The notes under the pieces: generated by a model
Database searches by the model: none
Seen by the model: the letters and a program-made list of their open reading frames with translations, nothing else
What the model was told of the DNA's origin: nothing
Part shown: positions 19,602 through 29,655 of the stretch, piece after piece
Numbering within the stretch: the stretch's first letter is position 1
How the letters are laid out: every line of letters begins with the position of its first letter
Assembly (NCBI GenBank): GCA_031423775.1
Contig: JANPGF010000011.1
Location: forward strand, 31,502-95,501
Source: Candidatus Kaiserbacteria bacterium
GTDB lineage: Bacteria > Patescibacteriota > Minisyncoccia > Phycocordibacterales > UBA918
Direction of reading: 5' to 3'
Length of the DNA: 64,000 bases
Translations under genes and position numbers: made by a program

Positions 19602-20702
19602 CTAGTGTGCTGGAGTGGAACTCGCGAGAGCACTGACGAGTCTGCTCGTAAGGAATGGTGCCATAGTTGAGGTAAAGATAGTAGCTCGCTTCGGGACATC
19701 GCTCGCGAGATTCGTTCGTAACGATACGCCCGTTTCTTCATTAATAGTGCTATTAATGTGGGTCATCGTGATAGCCCGTAGACTGCCCGCACCATCGGTG
19801 GTGTCATTACCTCGAGTGGTAATCATACCAATAACAGCACCATTTGAGTTCACAACCGGTCCACCCGAAGCGCCTTGTTCGCCCATTGTACTACCGCGGA
19901 GAGCAATTACATCCGCACGATTAGTAGTGAAAGTATACAGTTCTGAAATACTAGTAGTAGCTTCACGAGGTAAAAGGTCGGTGTCTGACCCTCCTCGAAG
20001 AAGAGCCCCGGCAGGGTATCCTGCTGCTACGACAGATTCATTGGTAATACGCTTGGTGAGAGGAGTGCTGTCGATAGCGAGGGCTGGAAAAGTAGCGGGT
20101 AATAAAGAATCGTCTACCGTACTCGTAACATACAACAGGGCGTAATCCCGTTCTCCTGTTCCGGTTGGTGCTTTTTCTCCGATGACTTTCGCATTTGCTT
20201 CAACCCACGCAGGTGGAATATAGAGTAGTTCTGCATTATATCGTGGGGCAGCTGGGTTACCCGTCCGAATAATACAACTAGTGTCTCCAAATGCCCCGGT
20301 TCGTTCAAGGAGGAGGAACTGTGCGACGTGGGCGTTTGTCATAATGACACCACTCGGGTGAACAAAAAACCCGCTTCCGGTAGTTGTTCGAATTTGTTTT
20401 GACGTGATTGAGGTACAGTAAATATTTACTATAGCATCCATAGGATTCGCGGTAGTCTTCCAGGTAATACTATCGCTGTTAGCCACTGCCGCCGCCTGGT
20501 ATTCACTGCTACGAAGGAGGATGTCAGGAATGTGGACTTGTGCAAAAAGTGAGGGAAGTGATGGTAGGCCACTATTACTTTGTTCCATCGTTGCGGAGAC
20601 TGGGTCGATATGAAAAGCATCGAGGATGTAATCTGCGAGTGTATTAGTAAGTGTAAGATACCCTATGAGTAGGGCTGACAGTGCGTGGGTAAGAAATTCC
20701 AT
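19602..20702 (-). CDS. Trypsin-like serine protease
   Basis: GSGF, TNAHV, DYA, GASGGPV. Confidence 0.88.
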   Translation of the reverse strand: MEFLTHALSALLIGYLTLTNTLADYILDAFHIDPVSATMEQSNSGLPSLPSLFAQVHIPDILLRSSEYQAAAVANSDSITWKTTANPMDAIVNIYCTSITSKQIRTTTGSGFFVHPSGVIMTNAHVAQFLLLERTGAFGDTSCIIRTGNPAAPRYNAELLYIPPAWVEANAKVIGEKAPTGTGERDYALLYVTSTVDDSLLPATFPALAIDSTPLTKRITNESVVAAGYPAGALLRGGSDTDLLPREATTSISELYTFTTNRADVIALRGSTMGEQGASGGPVVNSNGAVIGMITTRGNDTTDGAGSLRAITMTHINSTINEETGVSLRTNLASDVPKRATIFTSTMAPFLTSRLVSALASSTPAH

Positions 20703-20792
20703 TGAGACAGTATATCATTATACGTACAGGAAAAAATTACATTTTCACGGGTGTCAGCTGGAGGTGTGTCACGTTATGTTACTATTGAAGAC

Positions 20793-21440
20793 ATGTTTTG
20801 GAAGCCTGCTCTCTCAGAAGAATATACCAGTGCTTTTAGTGAAGGACAGTATATTCGGTCATTGTTTCTGGCGTCAGTGTTTTTCTTTGCAAGTTTGGTT
20901 ACTAGTTCCCAAGCTGTTCTTTTTACGGCAAAAAATGCTGGGAACTATACGACTGATATTCTGCTCGATAATTTACCCGTGGTAAATACGGACATGATTT
21001 TTAGTCAGGGGGCATTACTATTAGTATTGTTTACCTTCATTCTTCTCTTTACGCGGCCGCGAACGGCAGCATTTACTTTAAAAACCATGGGACTGTTGAT
21101 TTTTACACGGTCACTCTTTGTGATCATGACTCATATTGCACCGTATCCTGACCATATCGTACCTGCAATGGATCAATACCGATTTATTACCTCCGGGGCC
21201 GATTTATTTTTCTCGGGCCATACGGCAATTCCGTATATGCTGGCGCTCATTTTCTGGCGGGCATCATACCTTCGGGCATTTTATATGGTGTGTTCAGTGA
21301 TTGCGGCGCTCGCGGTTCTCTTCGGCCATTTGCACTACACGATTGATGTTTTTGCGGCGTATTTTATAACACATGGAGTGTATCAGATTGCCCGGAGTTG
21401 GTTCTATAAGGATTTTAAGCGGTTTGAGAAGGCGTGGTAG
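20793..21440 (+). CDS. PAP2 / sphingomyelin-synthase-like membrane protein
   Basis: DLFFSGHT, HYTIDV. Confidence 0.82.
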   Translation: MFWKPALSEEYTSAFSEGQYIRSLFLASVFFFASLVTSSQAVLFTAKNAGNYTTDILLDNLPVVNTDMIFSQGALLLVLFTFILLFTRPRTAAFTLKTMGLLIFTRSLFVIMTHIAPYPDHIVPAMDQYRFITSGADLFFSGHTAIPYMLALIFWRASYLRAFYMVCSVIAALAVLFGHLHYTIDVFAAYFITHGVYQIARSWFYKDFKRFEKAW

Positions 21441-21447
21441 GGGGGTG

Positions 21448-21661
21448 GCGGGTGAGAGGAATCGGTCACGAATCACTAACTATATTTGTTCACTACGTTC
21501 CAAATCTAGTAAGTGTTCGCGACTCCGACTCGCGGTTCGCTACCGCTCACAGCGCTCCGTCTTTCGATTCCTCCCGCAACGTGCGCAGGCACGTTGCTTC
21601 ACCCGCACACTTTGTTCCAACAAAAAATCCCCTTATAGGGGATTTTTTGGGAACATATGTG
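21448..21661 (-). repeat. tRNA-Gly(TCC)-3'-derived palindromic element
   Basis: Direct copy of tRNA 3' end 21448-21464; antisense pieces 21563-21573 and 21599-21610. Confidence 0.8.
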
Positions 21662-21732
21662 TGCGGGTGAGAGGAATCGAACCCCCTACCGCTGCTTGGA
21701 AGGCAGCTATTTTACCAGTAAACTACACCCGC
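21662..21732 (-). tRNA. tRNA-Gly(TCC), no encoded CCA
   Basis: GCGGGTG/CACCCGC; anticodon loop CT-TCC-AA. Confidence 0.95.
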
Positions 21733-21828
21733 AATTGGTGTGGCACGATTCTACCATAGGTGGGCGATAATTCAACCTTACTATAGGCTATTTTAGGTAT
21801 GGTTGATTTGCTATACTGTTGTCATTAC

Positions 21829-22497
21829 ATGTCTCTGTCCTGCATTATTCCGGCGTATAACGAGGCAACGCGGATTGGCCGAGTGCTCGCAGTCGTTACT
21901 AGCTGCCCACTTATTAACGAAGTCGTGGTTATTGACGATTGTTCGCAAGATGAGACCAGTGAGGTGGTGGGACAGTTCAAAGGGGTAACGCTGCTCAGTC
22001 ATACGGTGAATAAGGGAAAAAGCGCATCAGTGTATGACGGCATTCAGAAATCTACTGGTGACATCCTGTTGTTTTTAGATGCCGACCTCGAAAACCTCAC
22101 TGCTGATAACTTGGAAAAAATAATCATGCCAGTGCTGACTGCCCAGGCTGATATCACGATAAGTCTACGTGGTAATGCCCCATTCCTTTGGAAAGTGCTG
22201 GGTATCGACTATATTTCTGGTGAACGTTGTTTTCGGAAAAGTTTTTTGTATGAGTCACTTGATGAGGTGAAACAATTACGCGGATTTGCACTCGAAGTAT
22301 TTTTAAATAACCGGATAGTTCAGCGTAAACTCCGGATTGCGATTGTAAAGTGGCCTAATGTGCACAGTCCTTTGAAGCGAAAACATTTTGGTGTCCATCT
22401 TGATTTCTTGATTATGGGGCTGACTGTCGTAAAAGAAATTTCGGTAGTTCGTATTGTGCAGCAAATCAGACAGATGAAACGGCTTATAATTAATTAA
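21829..22497 (+). CDS. Glycosyltransferase family 2
   Basis: IIPAYNE, IDDCSQD, LDAD. Confidence 0.9.
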   Translation: MSLSCIIPAYNEATRIGRVLAVVTSCPLINEVVVIDDCSQDETSEVVGQFKGVTLLSHTVNKGKSASVYDGIQKSTGDILLFLDADLENLTADNLEKIIMPVLTAQADITISLRGNAPFLWKVLGIDYISGERCFRKSFLYESLDEVKQLRGFALEVFLNNRIVQRKLRIAIVKWPNVHSPLKRKHFGVHLDFLIMGLTVVKEISVVRIVQQIRQMKRLIIN

Positions 22498-22508
22498 CTG
22501 CACACTGT

Positions 22509-23246
22509 ATGAAAATCAGTTTTGTTATTCCAGCTTATAACGAAGAAAAGATGATTGCCGCGTGTCTTGAATCAATTATGAAAGAAGCAGCTCGATATTC
22601 GTATGATACTGAAATTGTCGTAGTAAATAATAACTGTACCGATCGGACAAAAGAAGTTGCCCTTAGTTTTGCTGGAGTCCGGGTGGTAGACGAGCCCCGC
22701 AAAGGTATCGTATTCGCACGGCAGTGTGGAATGAATCATTCTGATGGGGAATTAATAGCCAACGTAGATTCAGACGTGCTTGTGCCAGAAGGATGGCTTA
22801 AAACAGTAATGGAGGCATTTGCTCACGATGCAGAACTGGTTGCGCTCAGTGGCCCGTATATCTATCACGATCTCTCGTTGTATCATCGCGCCCTGGTACG
22901 TGCATTTTACTATGGTGGGTATATCATGTATCTGCTTAATAATTATGTCTTTAACGTGAGCGGTATGCTCCAGGGTGGTAATTTTATCGTTCGACGTGAT
23001 GCCATGCAAAAGATTGGTGGGTATGACACCCGTATTTCGTTTTATGGAGAAGATACTGATATTGCCAAGCGCATCCGTGCGGTCGGGAAGGTGCGGTGGA
23101 CGTTCGCGCTCCCGATGTTCACCTCGGGTCGGAGATTACATGATGAAGGGATTTTTAAAACAGGTTTGACGTACGCGGTTAACTACATTTGGCCAATTAT
23201 ATTCTCAAAACCGTTCACGAATTCGTATCGAGATATCCGAGAATAG
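22509..23246 (+). CDS. Glycosyltransferase family 2
   Basis: VIPAYNEE, NVDSD, YGEDTD. Confidence 0.9.
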   Translation: MKISFVIPAYNEEKMIAACLESIMKEAARYSYDTEIVVVNNNCTDRTKEVALSFAGVRVVDEPRKGIVFARQCGMNHSDGELIANVDSDVLVPEGWLKTVMEAFAHDAELVALSGPYIYHDLSLYHRALVRAFYYGGYIMYLLNNYVFNVSGMLQGGNFIVRRDAMQKIGGYDTRISFYGEDTDIAKRIRAVGKVRWTFALPMFTSGRRLHDEGIFKTGLTYAVNYIWPIIFSKPFTNSYRDIRE

Positions 23247-23295
23247 CCATAGTCGACATAATGAGTCATACAGAGCAAACTGATATACTACGCTC

Positions 23296-24072
23296 ATGAA
23301 TATACGTATTGTATCTTGGAATATTGCTGGCGGTCGCCCGACTGCCTCTTTGGATCAATTTGATTACGGGGCGGAAAATCTAGAGTATTTTATTACCGAG
23401 ATTCGGAAATACGATCCAGATATTATTTGTTTGCAGGAAGTCCACACGCCTTTGCAAGGTGGGGTATCTCAAGCAGAACTAATTGCAAAAGCCCTGCACT
23501 TGCCTTACATAATTAATTCTCCGATAAACGTATCTCATATAGATATTAACTACAACATTGGTATTGCCATTCTCTCAAAATTGCCTACTCAGGCAGAAAA
23601 AACACTCACCTTACCCAACCCACACCTTGAGTGTGTTTGGGCAGACGGCACTCTGGCATATACACACGAAAAAAATATACAGGTAGTTGCGTTTAATGAT
23701 TTTACTGTTGTAAATAATCATATGTTACCAATCACATTGTTTGGTTATTCGTACGATGATGCGTCACGCGGTGGGGAACTGGCTCGAAATATTAATGAAA
23801 TGATGAGTAAGAATGTTCCGTCTGGGTCACTCATTTGGTGTGGGGATTTTAACTATAATAATCCCCCGAACATCTATCCATGTATGCAGTCGTTGCAGCT
23901 TACTGATTCATTGCAGAATGAAGGAACGAGACCGGTAAAAGGTGGTGCTAAAAAGTGCCCCGATCATATCTACTGCACTCGCGAGTTTTTACTGCAGGAG
24001 TCTACTATCGAAAAAACAAACACTGACCACTACCTCTGTTTTGCAGAGTTTATCAAAGAGGAGGTGATATAA
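23296..24072 (+). CDS. Endonuclease/exonuclease/phosphatase family protein
   Basis: SWNI, ICLQEV, GDFN, TDH. Confidence 0.85.
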   Translation: MNIRIVSWNIAGGRPTASLDQFDYGAENLEYFITEIRKYDPDIICLQEVHTPLQGGVSQAELIAKALHLPYIINSPINVSHIDINYNIGIAILSKLPTQAEKTLTLPNPHLECVWADGTLAYTHEKNIQVVAFNDFTVVNNHMLPITLFGYSYDDASRGGELARNINEMMSKNVPSGSLIWCGDFNYNNPPNIYPCMQSLQLTDSLQNEGTRPVKGGAKKCPDHIYCTREFLLQESTIEKTNTDHYLCFAEFIKEEVI

Positions 24073-24279
24073 AAACAAAACACCCCGGCTGAGGGGTGCT
24101 TTGTTTTTGTGATGGGAAATAGCGAAGATTACTCTGTATTTCCACATAGCGTATTTACCTCCGCTACCCATTTATTTTAACATATCACTTTCAAATCACG
24201 GTGTGGAAAAACATCGGGATAAGACAAATGCTGCACTACATTTTTTACTAACCTAAGATATAGAGAAACTAGCTGTACA

Positions 24280-24430
24280 AAAATTGATGCAGTCCTAGGC
24301 GCAGTGCGTCCAGCGATTTTCTCTGGGAGAGAAAATCGGGACCTAAATTCAGAATAGGTGAAGAGTGATTAAACCGCACTCTTCACGCGCTCGTTTCTTC
24401 ATTCAGCAACGAAGTAATGTGCTATTTTTA
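24280..24430. repeat. Palindromic intergenic element (family A) with nested family-B module
   Basis: GATGCAGTCCTAGGCG...CAACGAAG; inner 24305-24403 is the reverse complement of the module at 55045-55143. Confidence 0.7.
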
Positions 24431-24493
24431 GAAATTTAACAAAAGAAATAACGGGCACCTAGTGGTGTCCGTTATTTCTTTTGTTGAAAAGGA

Positions 24494-24769
24494 TTATCCC
24501 TTTACTGAATCCTTGAGTCCCTTCGCAGCGCGGAACTTTGGAACGCGCATTGCAGCTACTGGTACAGTTTCACCAGTACGTGGGTTTCGAGCCTCGCGAG
24601 CAGCTCGCATCTTCGCTTCGAAAATACCAAAACCAGCGATTGATACAGCGTCGCCATCCTTCATTGCTGCTTCGATGTTACCAAACACTGCTTCAACCGC
24701 TCGTTCAGCGTCAGCCTTGGTCGTGCCAAGAACTTCGTGTACTTTCGCGATGATATCTGCTTTATTCAT
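24494..24769 (-). CDS. hup: HU DNA-binding protein
   Basis: MNKAD, GFGIF, ARNPRTGE, PKFRA. Confidence 0.96.
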   Translation of the reverse strand: MNKADIIAKVHEVLGTTKADAERAVEAVFGNIEAAMKDGDAVSIAGFGIFEAKMRAAREARNPRTGETVPVAAMRVPKFRAAKGLKDSVKG

Positions 24770-24922
24770 ATTCAGAATTTATATTCTAAGGGCGATTAAT
24801 TTTGTGCTGAGTAACGCTCAGCCGCGGTGCCTAATATTTATTGGCTTGACACCATTATATAGCAAGCTCGTTTGACCGCAATGCCTAACAGAGCGAAAAT
24901 TGTGTGTTGTAATAAATATAGA

Positions 24923-25148
24923 AAAAGCCACCCGAAGTTCAATCGGATGGCTTTGGATTGCTTTTGGTCCATTTCGCAACATGGCCTTTACACCGCGGGC
25001 AGGTGACAAAGTTGATGACTTTGGTCGCGGTCGGCCTGAGGACAAACCCCGTACCCAAACAGCGTCTGCAATAGGGATGCGGGCAATGAGGGGGTGTAGG
25101 TGCAACAAGCGGCATAAGGAACCTCGCGTGAAGAGTTTCAAGCTGGCG
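24923..25148 (-). ncRNA. ~200-nt structured RNA candidate (6S-like)
   Basis: TG-N-TACTGT promoter near 25150-25159; stem 25109-25117/24988-24996; minus-strand terminator 24923-24955. Confidence 0.45.
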
Positions 25149-25253
25149 CTACAGTACCATAAAACACTTAAAAAACAAGGAAATTTAATCAGAATTGCTT
25201 TACATATTTACAATATGTGTTATTTTTCTCTTTAGAAAAGGGAGTAGGTTGAC

Positions 25254-25988
25254 ATGTCTGAACAAAAAACTGAAGGATATAACGTGGTTTTTCGCTTCAC
25301 CACGGCAGCGGGTCCGCTTGCAGGTTCGATGGAATGTATGTGGTTTGATAGTGTGACAGCTTTCCATTGGTGGTACGATCCGATTAAAACCGCATTGCTG
25401 AATGAAGTAGTTGCGGAAGGTATTACCGACGAAGAAGCTGAAAACCTTGTTGTCAGTAATATGCCGCCTGAACCAGTACTCCTGGTAGAGCGTATGAAGG
25501 TTGCGCGTCAGCAGAATATTACACGCGAGTTGACCGCAGATGAGTTCTCTCGTGACTACATTTGTCCTGGACATTGGAGTACTAAAGAGGGGTTGGCACC
25601 AATCGGTGTTGTCCCCTTGGCTTTACGGGGTTTGTATCTACTAGCTCTCGAGATTGAGGCAACAAATCGAAATGAACGTACTCGACGCGAAGTATCAGAG
25701 TTTGGGAAGCTCGTTTATGATAATGAACGAATGGAGTTTCAGATCGCAATTGAGACCGATGAGGACCCTTTATTTGCTGGCGCTGATCAGGTGATGGAGT
25801 GTTTTGCAAAGGAACTCGAGCTTTGTCTTCCAGCAATCGCGCCAAATATCAAGCGTGGACGAATGTTCCGTATCGAGAAAGATTGGATGTTGTATTCAGC
25901 GCCGGAGATACCGTTTCGCGACGAACAACAACGGCGAGAGGCGATAGAGGGAGCTGCGCGGCTGCGCGCATTATTAGGTGAGGAATGA
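25254..25988 (+). CDS. Hypothetical protein
   Basis: 244-aa ORF with SD AGGGAG. Confidence 0.6.
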   Translation: MSEQKTEGYNVVFRFTTAAGPLAGSMECMWFDSVTAFHWWYDPIKTALLNEVVAEGITDEEAENLVVSNMPPEPVLLVERMKVARQQNITRELTADEFSRDYICPGHWSTKEGLAPIGVVPLALRGLYLLALEIEATNRNERTRREVSEFGKLVYDNERMEFQIAIETDEDPLFAGADQVMECFAKELELCLPAIAPNIKRGRMFRIEKDWMLYSAPEIPFRDEQQRREAIEGAARLRALLGEE

Positions 25989-26060
25989 CCGCTGGAACGA
26001 TACGGGCGTAACGCAAACCGCCTCGGCCATAACTGGCCGGGGCGGATTTTTTGTATCTCG

Positions 26061-27590
26061 TTATCGAGCGTAGCTGACGACTCTTGTCTCACGGATTACG
26101 TGGACTTTGATTTCACCAGGATAGCGTAACTGCGTTTCAATCGTGGTGGCAATCGTGCGGGCGAGGGTGTGGGTAGCAAATTCAGTCAGGTTGGCTGGAT
26201 TTACAATCACGCGGATCTCGCGACCAGCTGCGATGGCAAACGCCTTTTCAACACCTTCCAAATTTGTGGCGATAGCTTCGAGGTCGGTCAAACGTTTGAT
26301 GTAATTCTCGATTGAATCACGGCGGGCACCTGGACGAGAGCCCGAGAGTGAGTCACAGACCTGTACGATGAGTGATTCCGGTGTTTCATACGGATACTCT
26401 TCGTGGTGGGCGCGCATGGCGAGGATGACTTTTTGGTCAACGCCATATTTCTCGAGAATACGGATACCAATTTCGACATGGGTACCAGCAACTTCATGAC
26501 TTACGGTTTTACCGATGTCGTGGAGGAGTGCACCGGCTCGCGCCACTGCAACATCTGCTCCAACTTCTTCGGCAATAATGGCAGCCATATGGGCCATTTC
26601 CACTGAGTGCCAGAGCACGTTTTGTCCATAACTGGTACGGAAGTGTAAACGACCGATAATCGATACGAGATCAGGGTGAAGGTTTGGTACGTTTGCATCG
26701 TAACACGCTTTCTCGCCCATTTTGCGGACACTCTGTGCTACTTCTTTTCGAGCGAGTTCAACCGCCTCTTCAATCTTTGCGGGCTGGATGCGTCCATCTT
26801 TCATGAGGGCCTCGAGCGCAACACGTGCAATTTCTCGGCGGATTGGGTCAAAGGATGAGAGGACGATGTAGCCGGGGGTTTCGTCGATAAGCACATCGAC
26901 CCCAGTGGCGCGTTCAAAGGCGCGGACGTTACGACCTTCTTTACCAATCACTTTGCCTTTGAGGTCGTCGCTTGGGATTTCAACGTTACTCGTCATAACA
27001 CTTGTTGGCATAACGTTTCCAATGCGATGAATGGCAGCCAGGAGAATATTGGTTGCTTTGGCTTCAATCAGTTCGTTTCCGAATAGTTCTATTTTTTGGA
27101 GTCGAGCATTTAAATCCTCTGATCGTTCACGTTCGATACGGTCGGTGATGCGGGCAAAGGCTTCTGCGGCAGTGAGTCCCGCCACAGCTTCTAATTTAAC
27201 ATCGAGCTCACCTTTACGTTCATCGAGTCGAGCTTTAAAGCCTTTGACTTCATCAATTTTATTTTGCAGTGATTCCTTCTGGGAATCAATATCAATTTGG
27301 CGAGTATCAAGCATTTCTTCACGTTTCTGGAGGTGGGATTCTTTTTGATTTAACTTTTCTTCGAGGGTTTTGCGTTCTTCTTTGGCTTCGGTCTGAATGG
27401 ACTCAGCTTTTTCTTCTGCCTTTTCGATTATCTTGATCGCGCGCGTTTCGGCATCGAGGAGTCGTTCTTTGAGTACAATTTCAATTGACGACTTTTTGGA
27501 ATGGGCGTGTAAGTAACGGAGGTAGTAGCCAGCTGCAATGCCAATTCCGAGGCCGGCAACAATAGTTACCAGGTCAAACAATGGGGGCAT
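26061..27590 (-). CDS. rny: Ribonuclease Y
   Basis: N-terminal TM, coiled coil, KH (IGKEGRN), HD (LLHDIGK). Confidence 0.97.
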   Translation of the reverse strand: MPPLFDLVTIVAGLGIGIAAGYYLRYLHAHSKKSSIEIVLKERLLDAETRAIKIIEKAEEKAESIQTEAKEERKTLEEKLNQKESHLQKREEMLDTRQIDIDSQKESLQNKIDEVKGFKARLDERKGELDVKLEAVAGLTAAEAFARITDRIERERSEDLNARLQKIELFGNELIEAKATNILLAAIHRIGNVMPTSVMTSNVEIPSDDLKGKVIGKEGRNVRAFERATGVDVLIDETPGYIVLSSFDPIRREIARVALEALMKDGRIQPAKIEEAVELARKEVAQSVRKMGEKACYDANVPNLHPDLVSIIGRLHFRTSYGQNVLWHSVEMAHMAAIIAEEVGADVAVARAGALLHDIGKTVSHEVAGTHVEIGIRILEKYGVDQKVILAMRAHHEEYPYETPESLIVQVCDSLSGSRPGARRDSIENYIKRLTDLEAIATNLEGVEKAFAIAAGREIRVIVNPANLTEFATHTLARTIATTIETQLRYPGEIKVHVIRETRVVSYAR

Positions 27591-27679
27591 GGACGGTTTA
27601 CTAAACTAATATAGGGTACAAAGTCGGACGGGACATAATAGGCAGGTCAGACATTCGAACTGTACCAGAAAATAAACCA

Positions 27680-28399
27680 TTAGTCCATTTTGACCTCAGG
27701 AGGGCAGTAGAGAGCAATGCCTCTCCCGGCAAAGTACTTTTGAAAATATTTGTAGTTAATTGTATGATTTTGCTGAGTACGTGTGCTCGTAAATCCAGAC
27801 GGATTTTGAATGGTAATTGAATGGTCTGTATCGTTATAACCAGTGATCAGAACTAAGTGACCACCTTTTTGATCAGTGGGAGCAGTACTGTAACCACGGA
27901 TATTTGGATTGACTGAGACGATTGCCAGACTGTTATGTGAAAGGAGGTGTTTAATGCCTGAGAGTGTCAGTCGTGAGTAACAGGTCGCACTCAGGTTGTA
28001 GTTTCGTATCCAAGAAACATACTCGCGGTACCGCATGTCGGACAAATGCTCCCCATACTTTTGGTAGACACTATGTAGCAAAGCATCTTTTGCTAGTGTA
28101 ATCGTTGGATAGTTGCTCTGATTAAAAAACTCTAAGGCCATAACAGTACAGGCCATACCACAAATAGTCGTCACCCATATTTCATATTCTTCTACTGATT
28201 CAGCTCCCGATCGCCTCCAGTCCGGGTCACTTGTTTTTAACTGACCGCCTTCAAGCACCTTCTCAGCCCACTCAGGATTCGCAAATTGAGAAATAAATCT
28301 GACATTATTTGAAACCTGCAGAGGTCGTGAACATACAGCCGAATCTACATAAAGTAAAAGATTATGCATTTCTTGGGCAACTTTAGTGATGAGTCGCAT
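27680..28399 (-). CDS. Peptidase C39-like protein
   Basis: CGMAC, GGHLVLITGY, NP. Confidence 0.75.
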   Translation of the reverse strand: MRLITKVAQEMHNLLLYVDSAVCSRPLQVSNNVRFISQFANPEWAEKVLEGGQLKTSDPDWRRSGAESVEEYEIWVTTICGMACTVMALEFFNQSNYPTITLAKDALLHSVYQKYGEHLSDMRYREYVSWIRNYNLSATCYSRLTLSGIKHLLSHNSLAIVSVNPNIRGYSTAPTDQKGGHLVLITGYNDTDHSITIQNPSGFTSTRTQQNHTINYKYFQKYFAGRGIALYCPPEVKMD

Positions 28400-28509
28400 T
28401 ATATAGTGAGTATATCAATTTTATCTAGTCCGAGTAAGTACTTTAACGATACACAAAAACGCTCAAGTTTAATCGAACCTAAGCGTTTTTGTACTTTGGT
28501 ATCTATGCT

Positions 28510-28632
28510 AAAAACTTTCTAAAATAGATGCAGTTCGAGGCGGACAAGTAAAATTTGGTGAGCCGTACTTTTTGTACGGTGAAGCTAATTTTACGTAGAC
28601 CAACGAAGAAATGCGCTATTTTTGGAAGTTTT
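28510..28632. repeat. Palindromic intergenic element (family A)
   Basis: Core AAAATTTGGTGAGCCGTAC..GTACGGTGAAGCTAATTTT nearly identical to 54596-54637. Confidence 0.75.
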
Positions 28633-29230
28633 ACTTGTAGACTTGGTCGACAATTCCGTATGCTAGTGCCTCATCAGCATCCATAAAGAAGTCGCGGTCG
28701 ACATCTTGTTCAATTTTTGCGAGCTTCTGTCCGGTTGCTTTGGCGAGCATCTTGTTCAAGCGATCGCGGGTTTTGAGGATATGTCGTGCAGTGATGTCGA
28801 TATCCGACGCCATACCGTAGGCTCCGCCTGATGGCTGATGAATCATGATTTCAGAGTTCGGAAGTGAGAAGCGTTTGCCCTTGGCTCCTTGTGAAAGGAT
28901 AAGTGACCCCATTGAAGCGGCCATACCAACACACACAGTCGCAACGTCTGGTTTGATGTGGTGCATGGTGTCGATAATCGAGAGTCCGGCCGTTACACTA
29001 CCACCCGGTGAGTTTACGTAGAGGAAAATATCTTTCTTCGGGTCTTCGGATTCGAGGAAGAGGAGTTGCGCAACAATTAAGTTTGCCATGTAATCTTCCA
29101 CCTGACCGGTGACGAAAATAATACGTTCCTTAAGGAGTCGTGAATATATATCATATGCACGTTCACCACCTTGGGTCTTTTCAATCACCATTGGGACGAG
29201 CTGGGACATTTCTGGTTCTGTGTGTTTCAT
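28631..29230 (-). CDS. clpP: ATP-dependent Clp protease proteolytic subunit
   Basis: [26 protein letters not shown]. Confidence 0.97.
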   Translation of the reverse strand: MKHTEPEMSQLVPMVIEKTQGGERAYDIYSRLLKERIIFVTGQVEDYMANLIVAQLLFLESEDPKKDIFLYVNSPGGSVTAGLSIIDTMHHIKPDVATVCVGMAASMGSLILSQGAKGKRFSLPNSEIMIHQPSGGAYGMASDIDITARHILKTRDRLNKMLAKATGQKLAKIEQDVDRDFFMDADEALAYGIVDQVYK

Positions 29231-29370
29231 AAAGAGTGTTGTAAATTAAGGTTTGTGGTGTCGTGACAGTAAAAGAGAGAAACGACGTATCAATCCTAGC
29301 AAATTAATGAGGAAAAAGAAAACAGAGGCGCGTAGGGTACGCGCCTCTGGGATTTGTCCTGAGCAAATGC

Positions 29371-29535
29371 TCAGGGGGTTTCGATCGGCCAGATGTGGCC
29401 GTGGCCTGCGGGGCTGCCGCCATAGCCTTCGATGTGGCCGCCGTTGCCATTCGGGTAAATGACGGCCGTGCCGCCATCACCTTCGATGCAGCCGGTACCA
29501 CCACCGGTATTGTTGCAGTTGGGTTTCGTGAACAT
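29371..29535 (-). CDS. 54-aa Gly-rich small protein with internal repeats
   Basis: Promoter TTGACG-N17-TACTAT, SD AGGGGAG, downstream terminator; GG(C/H)IEGxGG twice. Confidence 0.55.
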   Translation of the reverse strand: MFTKPNCNNTGGGTGCIEGDGGTAVIYPNGNGGHIEGYGGSPAGHGHIWPIETP

Positions 29536-29655
29536 TGGTAGTTCTCCCCTTGGGTCCATCCAGCTGTGGACTCTTTTATAGTAGCGAGCTTTTAGTTGTT
29601 CGTCAAACTAAAAAAAGCGATGCCCGGATCTGGGCATCGCTTTCTTTTGCAATTA

